A stretch of DNA of 64,000 nt from Flavobacteriales bacterium. GTDB taxonomy: Bacteria > Bacteroidota > Bacteroidia > Flavobacteriales_F > PHOS-HE28. Within the stretch, counting starts at the first letter, position 1. Each line of letters starts with the position of its first letter. Of the stretch, positions 46,901-55,950 are shown one piece after another. Location: positions 130,797 to 194,796 of the forward strand of contig CP129489.1 of the NCBI GenBank assembly GCA_030584065.1, given 5' to 3'. The position numbers and the translations under genes are program-made. The notes below the pieces were generated by a model. That model had not been told where the DNA came from, ran no database searches, and saw only the letters and a list, made by a program, of their open reading frames with translations.

Positions 46901-46922
46901 GCTACCCCCCACGAACATGTGA
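43911..46922 (+). CDS. Sensor histidine kinase with periplasmic beta-propeller/Y_Y_Y-type sensor and HisKA_3 core
   Basis: Signal peptide, repeated propeller-like ...LWLGT/VWAAT... units, single TM (WWAIGTGALLAVLFVVLL), H-box IARDIHDGIGSGL, N-box NNALKHS, G-box DNGHGFD. Confidence 0.9.
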   Translation: MRWLPAWFVLLLAHHLAHSQGGAHFESLHVPGIEDAVVRTAAVDRFGALWLGTNRGVHRFDGSRTESYLNDPLDSLSLPDDVVHQLVLAPDGAVWAATFGGAWRIDPLSGERRRLPLVRRDGTTGSYECTELLWSADGTLWAFCNRSGLARLDPTGDRLSVQGLPEVAMARGGHVDADGVVWLADRQSLGAFDPRSGTWVKHPYRHGGSSAPPKTLLLDVLPDVHDPSALWCTSWGLGLVRFDRRSGAFDRQAVRAPPLSDLVNITPHAVQRGRGTWWCNMDGHLVEVDASAGTIRDLPMPGEASVPDLTLLADLAGVGVLAGSPGVVHLHMPGREELQPVAATALSANTHIAPASLDDGYWIVRFYADREVMHLDADGRLIERVPLPAEDRPYEAFRVMQDARGRVWLASDHGLLRYRPGSGAIEQVQVEGMGVDTPRPNVLDLHEGPDGATWAALGQDGLLRCDPEDGGGRCFRPPVGGDGGASQVIGIERYETDRLLVDLGPDGPALFNMASGAFELVCGPRTPKAQFRASMGLLADDAGRIYALSRSHGVIRMHRDHDGAWSIERRWLPPERPYFESAVKDARGRLWLLAGRACYLLDPDTEILVRLDPLHGFAAVVHGLAQGHDGGILIDSEGWKRVRAFEPSHPEAWLMVREARSGSDPLSLVALQADGVELPHTRNSIQLAFGVVALFEGDAFTYAYRITRDGTPGEWAALGRQRSFSLLDLRPGAYEVDVRAESPSSKPVEVQLRFVILPPWWARWWAIGTGALLAVLFVVLLTRMVLNRRHRAQVRELERERELERVRMRIARDIHDGIGSGLTKITMLSRQMDASAAPQAARIAEASTELVNELGEIVWTVDPRNDSFASFLAYVRSMLGRQFEDLQVQLIADLRCADADRERTIGPELKRNILLVLKEAVNNALKHSGAARIAVQLHLGTSQVELLVRDNGHGFDPQRIREGANGLANFSKRAEALGGAVKVDTGPAGTTVTFQVPLPPTNM

Positions 46923-46957
46923 TACCGCCGCTGCTGCTTGCGGGTACCTTCGCTTTC

Positions 46958-47587
46958 ATGTCCATCCGCATTGCCATCATCGAGGACGACGCCGACATGC
47001 GCCTCGCCTTCGAGCGCGCCATCCGGGAAGCCGGTGACCTGGACCTGAAGGGCAGCTTTCCCCATGCGGAGGCCTTCCTTGCCCGGCCGGAAGGGCTCGA
47101 TGGGCTGGACGTGGTACTCTCCGACATCAACCTGCCCGGACAGAGCGGCATCGAGGTGGTGGCCCAATGCAAGCCCAAGCGGCCCCGGCTGCAGTTCCTC
47201 ATGATCACCGTGTTCGAGGACAATACCAATCTGTTCAGTGCGCTTTGCGCCGGAGCGACGGGCTATCTGCTGAAGACCGCCACGCCGGCGGAGATCGCGC
47301 AGGCGGTGCGCGACATCCATGCCGGCGGCTCGCCCATGTCGCTCGCCATCGCGCGCATGGTGGTGGCCAATGTGCAGCAGAAGAAGGCCAGTGCCCGGCT
47401 CGTGGAGAGCCTCACGCCGCGCGAGCACGAACTCGTAAGGCTCCTGGCCGATGGCTACCGCTACAAGGAGATCGCCGACCGGCTCGCCCTGAGCGTGGAG
47501 ACCGTGCGGTCCTACATCCGCGCCATTTACGGCAAGCTGCAGGTGCATAGCCGCACCGAAGCGCTCAACAAGGTGTTCGACCGGTGA
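46958..47587 (+). CDS. NarL/FixJ (LuxR-type) response regulator
   Basis: Start MSIRIAIIEDD; phospho-acceptor VVLSDINLPG; LuxR HTH LTPREHELVRLLADGYRYKEIADRLALSVETV. Confidence 0.9.
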   Translation: MSIRIAIIEDDADMRLAFERAIREAGDLDLKGSFPHAEAFLARPEGLDGLDVVLSDINLPGQSGIEVVAQCKPKRPRLQFLMITVFEDNTNLFSALCAGATGYLLKTATPAEIAQAVRDIHAGGSPMSLAIARMVVANVQQKKASARLVESLTPREHELVRLLADGYRYKEIADRLALSVETVRSYIRAIYGKLQVHSRTEALNKVFDR

Positions 47588-47639
47588 GGCCGCCGGCGCC
47601 CATGCCTTACGCAAGGTTGGGGCGGTCGTGATCCAGGGG

Positions 47640-50600
47640 TCAGGGCAGGCTGCCGAGCCGCACCGCCGTGGGCACCGAGCCGCCGATGTTCTGCAGCACC
47701 GGGTCGCGGTCGTTGCCGTCGCCCACGTACTTCACCAGGCCATCCAGCGAGATGTCCTCCATGCGATAGCCTGCGATGGTATTGGTGGGCACGTTGCCGC
47801 CGATGGCCACCAGCATGAGGTCGCGGTCGTTGTCCTCGCCCACATACTTGAGCCTGCCGTCGCCATTCACATCGCCCGCCCACAGGCCCAGCGGCGCATT
47901 GCCGCCGCTCAGCTGCTTGCGCGCCTGCGCGCCGTAGGTAGGAAGCGCGGCGCTGGTGAGGTCGATCGGCGCTTGCAACCCATCCATGTGGATCGCATCC
48001 TGCGTCATCGCGCCGAGGTGATTGCGGTGCAGCACCGCTGCATGGTAGCTGCCGGTGGGAACGGCCAGGAAGGTGAGCGGGCTCGATCCGTCCGTGTCCA
48101 CAATATCGCCATCGCGCTGCAGCAAGCCGGCACGGCGGGCTACCACCTGCTGCGGGGCGCCTTGTGCGCGGAGCTCCACCAGCACCCAGTCCACGATCGC
48201 ATTCGGGCCGGTGGCCTGCAGGGCGAAGGATCCCAGCTCCTCGCTGCCATCATGGAACCACGGCGCGCCGCCATAGGGGTGCTGCGCAGGGATGAGGCCG
48301 GCGATGCGCAGGTTGTCGCGCATCAGGCCGGTGGCCGGTACCCACGCGCCATCGAGCACGGCGCGCACGGGTACCTGCAGGCTCATGGCGGTGGGCGGGA
48401 CGACCGAGAAGTATCCATACGGGCAGTGGTCGCCCGAACCGGAGGCGCTCAGCGGAGTCGCGCGCCATGTGTAAGCGCCAATCGGGAGCGCGTTAAGCAA
48501 CAGGTCGGTGCCGAATGCGGTAACGGGGAAGCCGTCGACGGGGTCCGGTGCGTAGGCCGTGATATCCAGCAGCTCGATGAGGTAGCTGGTTGCCGTGGGG
48601 GAGGATGTCCATTCAAGGTGTATCGGCGCGCCCTCTTCGATCTCCTCGAACGGAGCAGGAGCGATCAGGCTGGCGCAAGGCGGAGGTGCGGTGCGGTGCA
48701 GGCAGATGGCGAAGCTGCCGGGCACGTCGTAGCCCAGGTTGGTGAAGGCGCGAAGCCGGTAGAGCGCGTTCTGCTGAACAGGCAGGAGCAAGGTACCGTC
48801 GACCCCGGACTGGCACCAGACCGGCACGCCCGTACAGCCGGTACCGTTGTCCATATACAGTTCCAGGCTGAGCCCGGATGCGCTGCCCAGATAGACTTCG
48901 GCCACTACGGGCGTCATGCCCGACTGAAAGGTGAACCAGACATCCGGCCATGGGCCATTGTTCTCGAACGCGTGGGTGTCGCAGGTGGGCGTGGGGCCGT
49001 CCTGCAACGCGCCGCCCGCATTGTTCCCGGGTGTTGCCGCAACCGGATAGTCGGTATTCCAGGGGTGGACGGCCAACGGTGTCGCATTCGCGCAATCATC
49101 GTTCGGCGGTACGGGGCAATGGATCGTGAAGGTCAAGGAGACGTCGTTCGTGGTGGGCTGGTCCACCATGATCAGGTAGTCGACCCCTTCATTGAACCAG
49201 CGCGGTTGCGCCTCCTCATAGGGACCGGTCAGTTCATCCCAGCAGGAGAAGCTGCCCTGCTCGGCGCAGAATGTCGGGCTGGCATCGGGCGACTCCTCGA
49301 GCACGCTGTAGTGAAGCGTTGCTCCCGTACCCGTTTGCGTGAGTGTGTGGTAGCCGCTGGCACCGGGGCTGAAGCGGAAGATGCGCTCCTTGCCCGGAAG
49401 GCTGGGGGTGGGGTTTCCCGGAGCGCAGGAGTTCCAGTCCTTGCCGCCTTGCCCGCTGCCCAGTACCACGAACCGCGGCGTGCCGCAGGTAACGGGCTGG
49501 ATGTCCGTGCAGGCTTCGTAGGTCGGGCACTCGATCCGGAAGGCCAGCTGTCCTCCGGTCATGCTCGAGGCATCGATCATCAGCCAATAGAGCATGCCGC
49601 CGGTGAGGTTCATCGTGCCCACCTCACTCGTTCCCTGCCGATAACCGATGCACATCCAACCATCGGTGCAGGAGCCGAAGCCTGCGGCCCTGTAGGCATA
49701 GCGGTAGGTGGTGTAGTCCCCATCGCCGTCCATCATCTGGATGACGCTGAACACTCCGCTCTCCGTCGGCATGAAGGCATAGATCCGTTCACGCCCGGGC
49801 ATCGGATCGCCGCCGCAACCGGGCAGTTGAAGGAGTCCGCCCGCGCCGGAGGGCACATTCACGGGCATATCCGTGTTGCAGGTGACGGAACCCATCATGC
49901 TCGTGTTGCAGACGTTGCCGCTGGCTGCACATCCCATGACGAATTGGACCGTTTGGCCGGTGGTGGCCAGCGCATCCAGCATCACCAGGTAGGTAGTGCC
50001 CGCCGTCATGCTGTAGGTAGAGGTGACACCGGCCCCGCTGATGCCGCCCAGGCAGGTCCAACCGGATCCATTGCAGCCGCCGGATTGCGGCTTCACGTAG
50101 TAGTTGATGGTGCCGTTGGAGGTGAACTGCTGGAAGAAGCGCTGCCCTCCCTCCGCGGCGGTGTAGGTGAAGATGCGCTCGCGGCCGGGCGTGTTCGCCC
50201 CGCAGCTGCTGCCTGGGTTCAGGTAGCTGCCGTTCCCTGTTCCTAATTGCACGGACATGGGCTCGTTGCATCCGGCCAGCGGCTCGGTCAAGGCGCAGGC
50301 ATCGTAAGGACTGCTGCATTCAAGCTGGAAGGAGAGGATGCCGCCGTTGCTGGATTCCGGGTCGGCCATGATGAGATAGGTGATACCCTGGAGCATGGTG
50401 AATGCCCCGCTCAGCTCCGCGCCGAACAGGTCATCGATGCAGGTCCAACCGGCGGCGCTGCATCCATTGGCTTCAGGCTTGAAGAAGTAGTCGGTCCAAT
50501 CGTAAGCGGTGAATTGCCTGATGTTGTAGGTCCCCGAATAGGGTGCCGTGAAGCGAAGGATCTGTTCACGCCCGGGCGTGCTGTACCCGCAGGTGTTCTG

Positions 50601-52322
50601 CGGCGCGCTGTAAGCCCCCTGGCCCGGTGCGATGCTCCGTGTGACGGGGATGCCGCAGGCGAGGTTCACGATGGCCGCACAGGGGTCGGCCGGGGGAGGA
50701 GGGCAGTTCACGCGCATGGTATAGCTGCTCGTGAGGTAGGCGTACAAGGCATCGGCCATGATGTAGTAAGGCACGCCTGCCTCCAGCGTGATGGGTGGCG
50801 TTGTGCCAGGGCCGTTCAGTGATCCGATGCAGGACCATCCCATGGATGAGCAGCCTCCGGATTGCGGCTTGATGAAGTAGCGCATCATCTGTCCCTGGGT
50901 GAGCATCGTCTGTTCGATGGTGTGCGCTCCCGTTTGATCAGGGGTGAAGGCATACAGGCGCTGCTTCCCCCACGATCCGCTGATTCCGCAATAGCCCGTC
51001 AAGCCGTTCCAACCGCCGGTTCCGCTCACCGTTGCTGAAGCAGGCAACCCGCAGCTCAGGTTGCCGATCGCGGAGCAGGGGTCCTCGACAGCCGAGCAAT
51101 CAATGGTGAATGTGACCGAAGCGCCCGTGGTGTAGGTTCCATTCAACCGGAAATAGTAGGTCATGTTCGGCTTCAGGGACGTGGTGATGGAGCCTGCGTT
51201 CGGCGCCCAGTCCATGCACTTGAACTCGCAGGGGCGGGTGGGGTCGCCCTTCGACACCAGCCAGGTCACCGGTTCGGATGCGTTCTGGGTGATGGTATAG
51301 TCGCCTCCGAGCACGGTGGTGAACGCGAAGACACGGGTCTTGCCCAAGGTCAGCAGTCCGCATTCCAATGATTCCCCGGCCATGCCGGCTCCCGATGGTA
51401 TGGTCACACTGTACGTGTTCCCGCAACTGATGGGTGTCGGTGACAGGCAGGGGTCGGGCTGCAGGGTGCAGCCAAGCTGAAAGGAGACGTCACCTTGGGT
51501 GGTGGCCTCCGGATCGGCCAAGAGGAGGTAGCGCACCCCTTCGCTCACGGTGAAGGAAGTGCTGCTCGCATTGCCGGTCAGGGTGCCGACGCAGGTCCAG
51601 CTGGTGGCGCCGCAGCCTTGGCTTTCCGGCTTGTAGTACCAGCGGACCGGCGCATGTGAGGCGAGCTGCTGCAGCACCATGGAGCCGCTTGATCCGGGCA
51701 CGAAGAGGTACGCCCGTTCCTTGCCTGTGCCGCTGCCGCTGCCGCAGGAAAGGTCAAAGACGCCTGCACCGCTGCCGTGCGTGGCCGTGTAGGTGGTTGC
51801 ACAGCGTATCTCCGTCCTTGCCTCGCAAGGCTGGAAGGCGGGGCAGGTCACGCACCGCCACGAAGGCTGGTACTTCCGTGTGGTGTATGGGGTGATGTAG
51901 CAACCATCCTCCCGTAGTCCCAGGATCACCGTTCCGGATTGGTCCGCGGTCCAGCGGATCTTCGGGAAGGCGCCGCAGACATCGTCGGAATAGCAGAGGA
52001 AGCTGCCATCCGCACGCATCAGGGTGAAATTGATGTCCGATGGGTAGTAGGGTATCCCGGCGCCGTCCGCCGGGCAGGAGGACCATTCATAGGTCTCGCC
52101 GGCGGTGACCGGGAAGCTCGCGGACCAACTGGGTTGGATCCAGACCCCGGAGGTGGTGAAGTGCGATGCGCTGGTGGCCGGAACCGTAGCGGTTGAGGGG
52201 CCGCCAGTGTAGGTGCATGCCTGGGGCTGGCATTCCCCGGGCTGGGAATAGGCCTCGTGCGCGGTGATCAGCAGCAGGCCGGCGATGAGGCAGGGGAGCG
52301 GGGTGGGGCAGCGGAGATCCAT
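47640..52322 (-). CDS. Giant secreted protein: seven tandem Cys-framed modules + PPC-like domain + Fn3-like segment + conserved C-terminal module with two DxNxDG Ca-binding-type repeats
   Basis: ATG at 52322 (GTG at 52340 also in frame); signal peptide CLIAGLLLITAHEAYSQ; no T9SS CTD at the C-terminus (ends ...NIGGSVPTAVRLGSLP). Confidence 0.85.
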   Translation of the reverse strand: MDLRCPTPLPCLIAGLLLITAHEAYSQPGECQPQACTYTGGPSTATVPATSASHFTTSGVWIQPSWSASFPVTAGETYEWSSCPADGAGIPYYPSDINFTLMRADGSFLCYSDDVCGAFPKIRWTADQSGTVILGLREDGCYITPYTTRKYQPSWRCVTCPAFQPCEARTEIRCATTYTATHGSGAGVFDLSCGSGSGTGKERAYLFVPGSSGSMVLQQLASHAPVRWYYKPESQGCGATSWTCVGTLTGNASSTSFTVSEGVRYLLLADPEATTQGDVSFQLGCTLQPDPCLSPTPISCGNTYSVTIPSGAGMAGESLECGLLTLGKTRVFAFTTVLGGDYTITQNASEPVTWLVSKGDPTRPCEFKCMDWAPNAGSITTSLKPNMTYYFRLNGTYTTGASVTFTIDCSAVEDPCSAIGNLSCGLPASATVSGTGGWNGLTGYCGISGSWGKQRLYAFTPDQTGAHTIEQTMLTQGQMMRYFIKPQSGGCSSMGWSCIGSLNGPGTTPPITLEAGVPYYIMADALYAYLTSSYTMRVNCPPPPADPCAAIVNLACGIPVTRSIAPGQGAYSAPQNTCGYSTPGREQILRFTAPYSGTYNIRQFTAYDWTDYFFKPEANGCSAAGWTCIDDLFGAELSGAFTMLQGITYLIMADPESSNGGILSFQLECSSPYDACALTEPLAGCNEPMSVQLGTGNGSYLNPGSSCGANTPGRERIFTYTAAEGGQRFFQQFTSNGTINYYVKPQSGGCNGSGWTCLGGISGAGVTSTYSMTAGTTYLVMLDALATTGQTVQFVMGCAASGNVCNTSMMGSVTCNTDMPVNVPSGAGGLLQLPGCGGDPMPGRERIYAFMPTESGVFSVIQMMDGDGDYTTYRYAYRAAGFGSCTDGWMCIGYRQGTSEVGTMNLTGGMLYWLMIDASSMTGGQLAFRIECPTYEACTDIQPVTCGTPRFVVLGSGQGGKDWNSCAPGNPTPSLPGKERIFRFSPGASGYHTLTQTGTGATLHYSVLEESPDASPTFCAEQGSFSCWDELTGPYEEAQPRWFNEGVDYLIMVDQPTTNDVSLTFTIHCPVPPNDDCANATPLAVHPWNTDYPVAATPGNNAGGALQDGPTPTCDTHAFENNGPWPDVWFTFQSGMTPVVAEVYLGSASGLSLELYMDNGTGCTGVPVWCQSGVDGTLLLPVQQNALYRLRAFTNLGYDVPGSFAICLHRTAPPPCASLIAPAPFEEIEEGAPIHLEWTSSPTATSYLIELLDITAYAPDPVDGFPVTAFGTDLLLNALPIGAYTWRATPLSASGSGDHCPYGYFSVVPPTAMSLQVPVRAVLDGAWVPATGLMRDNLRIAGLIPAQHPYGGAPWFHDGSEELGSFALQATGPNAIVDWVLVELRAQGAPQQVVARRAGLLQRDGDIVDTDGSSPLTFLAVPTGSYHAAVLHRNHLGAMTQDAIHMDGLQAPIDLTSAALPTYGAQARKQLSGGNAPLGLWAGDVNGDGRLKYVGEDNDRDLMLVAIGGNVPTNTIAGYRMEDISLDGLVKYVGDGNDRDPVLQNIGGSVPTAVRLGSLP
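49116..51830 (-). repeat. Seven tandem ~120-130-aa cysteine-framed protein modules (coding repeat)
   Basis: Each module: C...SG.G...CG...G(K/R)E(R/Q)(I/L)(F/Y).F.P..G...I.Q....Y..K....GC...GW.C(I/L)G......L..G..Y.(I/L)M.D......(F).(I/L).C. Residues 171-1075 counted from the 52340 start. The loops are divergent. Confidence 0.8.
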
Positions 52323-52569
52323 GATGAGTGGCGTAAGCACCGGTCAGGGTGCTGCAGGGCAGCAACATTATCCCGTGCATACGCCCTTCGCATCCCCACT
52401 TTCGTGTGGAGGCCGGCCACTGCGCAACGGTCCCGCTGAGGCTGGTCAACGACCGCTCTCCGCCGCAGGCCCGGCCCAGCGGGATACCCACGAACATGTG
52501 ATGGATGCGGTGCGAGCCGGGCGCTACCCTTGCCCCATGCACCAACGGATCGCCCTTCCCGGCACGGGG

Positions 52570-54402
52570 ATGAAACACACAGCGAACAATCCCAAGCGGT
52601 CGCCCGCCGCTGCGCAGAGCCTCAACCACTGGACCTTGCTGCTGGTGGCCATGCTCGGTTTGCTCCTGCTGCTCCTCGGCGGTTGCCGGAAGGACGAGGA
52701 GGATGCAGCCGCGCCGTCATCCGCGCCCATGGCCACCGGCACCACGCGCGTGCTGGGCCAGGTGGTGGATGGCTCCGGCGCCCCCTTGCCCGGCGTGCAG
52801 GTGCAGTCCGGCAGCGCATCGGCCGTGACCGATGCGGCGGGCATGTTCTTGCTCGGCAGCGCCCCGGCGAACGAACGCGTGGTGGTGCGTTGCCAGAAGG
52901 CGGGCTACTTCAACGCGGTGCATGGCACGGCGGCCCACCTCAACGGCACCACGATCGTACGCGTGTCCATGCGGTCCAGCGCGCCTGACTTCACCGGTCT
53001 CTCATCCGATTCGCCGCAGGACCTGCAATTGCCGGATGGATTCCGCCTGCAGCTGCCGGCCAACGGGCTCGTCACCGCAACGGGAGCGCCCTACGCGGGC
53101 ACCTACGCCGTGGCTGCGGAGCACTTCGCCACGGATGCGCCGGACTTCAGCGCGGCCATGCCGGGTGGCGACCTTACGGCCATCGCGGGCGGCACGCAAC
53201 AGCAGCTCTACAGCTACGGCATGGCCAGCGTGCGCATCACCGATGGCGCGGGCAACGAGCTGCAGCTGGGCAATGGGGCCTCGGCCACCATCCGCCTGCC
53301 GATCGCGGCCGATCAGAGCAGCGAGGCGCCCGCCACCGTTCCGCTGTGGCACCTCAATGAGCAGACGGGCATCTGGGAGCCGGAGGGCGAGGCCCAGCGC
53401 CAAGGCGGCGAGTACGTCGGCGTGGTGCAGCACTTCTCCACCTGGAACGCGGATGCCGCATGGCCGCGGGCGCGCGTTCGGGGCCGCGTGCGCGTGGAAG
53501 GGGATGAGGAGCTGGCGCCGCTGCTGCCCTTGCGCATCCGGCAGGTGAGGACCTATCCGCGTTCCGATGGGGAGTTCGACGCGTTCGTCCCTTCGGGTGT
53601 CGACCTCACCGTGGAGGTGGATGCGAACCCGATCGGCCTCACGGCCGCGCCGATGCCCATCGGCACGTTGGCGGCCGATGCCGAGCAGTACGTGGAGCTG
53701 TTGGTGAACACGCCGGGCTACATCGTGGGCACGCTCATCTGCCCAAGCGGCACCGTGAACGGCTATGCCATGGTCACCTGGTCCGGCGGCTCTTACTTCA
53801 TGCCGCTCGGGGCCACCCCCGAGTTCCGCATCGCTGCGCCGTACAATGGGCAAGAGGCCACGCTCCGGCTGGTGAACCTGAACGGCGGCATCGTGCAGGA
53901 GGTCTCCGTGTCGCTGCCCACCGCGCCGGGAGGTGAAGCGGATGCGGGCACCATCACCCTCTGCAACGGCGGTTCTGGCGGCGGGCTGCAGGCGGGCTGC
54001 GTGCTCAACGGCGATGGCTACAATCAGCAGACCGTGGTGCTTGACCCGGCCGCCGGCATGGCCACCGCCACCTACTATGCCGCGGACAATACCACGCAGC
54101 TCTTCGTTGTGGATGGCGGCGGCGGTCCGCAGCTCTACGGGGAATGGCTGGGCAGCGCCACCGGCAACTGCGCCACGGTGGAAGGCGAAGGCGACTGCAG
54201 CATCACCCTGGTCATCGATGGGCGCTACTACTTCCCCTACAACCTCCAGGTCGGGGTGAACCTGTACGGCCCGGTGGGCGGCGAGGTGCAGGGCATCTTC
54301 CTCGGCACCATGGTCCGGTACGACACAGGGACCGGCGAGGAGGTCTTCGTGACCGTGAGCAATGGCTACTTCCGCGCGCAGCGAGCGCCGGATGAGCCGT
54401 AG
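52570..54402 (+). CDS. Lipoprotein with N-terminal CarboxypepD_reg-like domain
   Basis: Start MKHTANN...; lipobox LLLLLGGC; TRVLGQVVDGSGAPLPGVQVQSGSASAVTDAAGMFLL; start choice uncertain (earlier in-frame Met codons exist). Confidence 0.75.
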   Translation: MKHTANNPKRSPAAAQSLNHWTLLLVAMLGLLLLLLGGCRKDEEDAAAPSSAPMATGTTRVLGQVVDGSGAPLPGVQVQSGSASAVTDAAGMFLLGSAPANERVVVRCQKAGYFNAVHGTAAHLNGTTIVRVSMRSSAPDFTGLSSDSPQDLQLPDGFRLQLPANGLVTATGAPYAGTYAVAAEHFATDAPDFSAAMPGGDLTAIAGGTQQQLYSYGMASVRITDGAGNELQLGNGASATIRLPIAADQSSEAPATVPLWHLNEQTGIWEPEGEAQRQGGEYVGVVQHFSTWNADAAWPRARVRGRVRVEGDEELAPLLPLRIRQVRTYPRSDGEFDAFVPSGVDLTVEVDANPIGLTAAPMPIGTLAADAEQYVELLVNTPGYIVGTLICPSGTVNGYAMVTWSGGSYFMPLGATPEFRIAAPYNGQEATLRLVNLNGGIVQEVSVSLPTAPGGEADAGTITLCNGGSGGGLQAGCVLNGDGYNQQTVVLDPAAGMATATYYAADNTTQLFVVDGGGGPQLYGEWLGSATGNCATVEGEGDCSITLVIDGRYYFPYNLQVGVNLYGPVGGEVQGIFLGTMVRYDTGTGEEVFVTVSNGYFRAQRAPDEP

Positions 54403-54499
54403 CGGCCCATCCGATTGAACCCGATCGGCGCGCGCGTGTACCGCATGTGCAAAACGCCCTTCCTCCGCATCCCAGCGGAGAGGCCTAAACGCACACGCC

Positions 54500-55834
54500 A
54501 TGAGAAAGCACGTCTTCCTGATCGCCGCCATCACCGGCGGATTCGGCATCCTGGTGATGCTCCTTGCCTTCAACCCGCGGCCTTCCGCCACGGCCCGCGC
54601 CCACTGCCACACGCCGGTGCCCGAGCCGCCTGAGGGCTGCGTGTTCAAGACCGTCTACGAGGGCGAGGGACTCGACAGCTCCTTCGTGCTCGCCACGCCG
54701 GCAGCGGTGCTGCAGGCCGAGCGCAAGGGGCTCGATTGGCTGGTGCGCGCGCAGGCTGCCGATGGCGGCTACGGCGCCGGCTCGCACGCCCGGCAGGACA
54801 TCCGCGACCCGCATGCCGTGAGCACCGATCCCGCCACCACGGCCATGGTGGCCATGGCCATCATGCGCATGGGCAGCACGCTCGACCAGGGACCCTACAG
54901 CCAGCAGCTGGCCCGGGCCACCGATTACCTGCTGCTGCAGGTGGAGGCCGCGCCCAAGGGCGCCATCAACATCACCCAGCTGCAGGGCACGCAGATCCAG
55001 GCCAAGCTGGGCGCCAACATCGATGTGGCACTCACCGCCCAGTACCTGAGCAACCTGGTGGCGAAGCTCAAGGAGCAGCATCCGAAGCGCCTCCGCGCCA
55101 TGCGCGCCCTCAACACCTGCGTGGACATGATCCAGCGCGGTCAGAACGCCGACGGCAGCATGCGCGGCGACGGCTGGGCCGGCGTGCTGCAGAGCAGCTT
55201 CGCCGCCAGCGCGCTGGAGAGCGCCAAGGCCCAGGGCGCCACGGTGGATGAGGAGTCGCTGAAGCTGGCGCGCGACTACCAGAAGAGCAACTTCGATGCG
55301 GGCAAGGGCACCGTGGCCACCGAGCGCGCTGCCGGCATCACCCTCTACGCCGTGAGCGGCAGCACGCGCAACAGCGCCGCCGAGGCCCGCGAGCTGAACG
55401 AGGTGGTCACCAAGGCGAAGAAGGAGGGGCGGATCGCGAAGAATGCGCCGGTTACCGTGGAGACCCTGCAGGATGCCGGTGTGCCGCGCGGCGAGGCCGA
55501 GCGCCTCAACGCCGCCTACCAGGTGTACGAGGCCGCCAAGCAGCAGGCCCAGCGCGAGGATGTCATCAGCGGCTTCGGCAACAACGGCGGTGAGGAGTTC
55601 CTCAGCTTCCTGCAGACCGGCGAGTCGCTGGTGATCGCCAAGGATCAGGGGTGGAAGAACTGGTACCAGCAGACCACCGGCCGCCTGGTGGGCATCCAGA
55701 ACAACGATGGCAGCTGGAACGGCCATCACTGCATCACCAGCCCGGTCTTCTGCACCGCCACCAGCTTGCTCATCCTCAGCATCAACAATGACATCGAGCA
55801 CCTGCTGGCGCAGGGGGCGGTGAAGTACAAGTAG
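54500..55834 (+). CDS. Membrane-anchored prenyltransferase/squalene-oxidase-repeat (alpha/alpha-toroid) protein
   Basis: N-terminal TM; repeats LDWLVRAQAADGGYG, QNADGSMRGDGW, QNNDGSWNGHH typical of terpene-cyclase-like toroid repeats. Confidence 0.8.
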   Translation: MRKHVFLIAAITGGFGILVMLLAFNPRPSATARAHCHTPVPEPPEGCVFKTVYEGEGLDSSFVLATPAAVLQAERKGLDWLVRAQAADGGYGAGSHARQDIRDPHAVSTDPATTAMVAMAIMRMGSTLDQGPYSQQLARATDYLLLQVEAAPKGAINITQLQGTQIQAKLGANIDVALTAQYLSNLVAKLKEQHPKRLRAMRALNTCVDMIQRGQNADGSMRGDGWAGVLQSSFAASALESAKAQGATVDEESLKLARDYQKSNFDAGKGTVATERAAGITLYAVSGSTRNSAAEARELNEVVTKAKKEGRIAKNAPVTVETLQDAGVPRGEAERLNAAYQVYEAAKQQAQREDVISGFGNNGGEEFLSFLQTGESLVIAKDQGWKNWYQQTTGRLVGIQNNDGSWNGHHCITSPVFCTATSLLILSINNDIEHLLAQGAVKYK

Positions 55835-55950
55835 TTCGGTCCCTTCCACGAGCGGCTGTCTGGTGGTGGCTGCGGTGGTGGGGTGAGTGGGGGAGGTCCG
55901 GACCTTTGCGCCGGACCTTTCCCCCTTCACCCTTGCGATTCATCCGCCGC

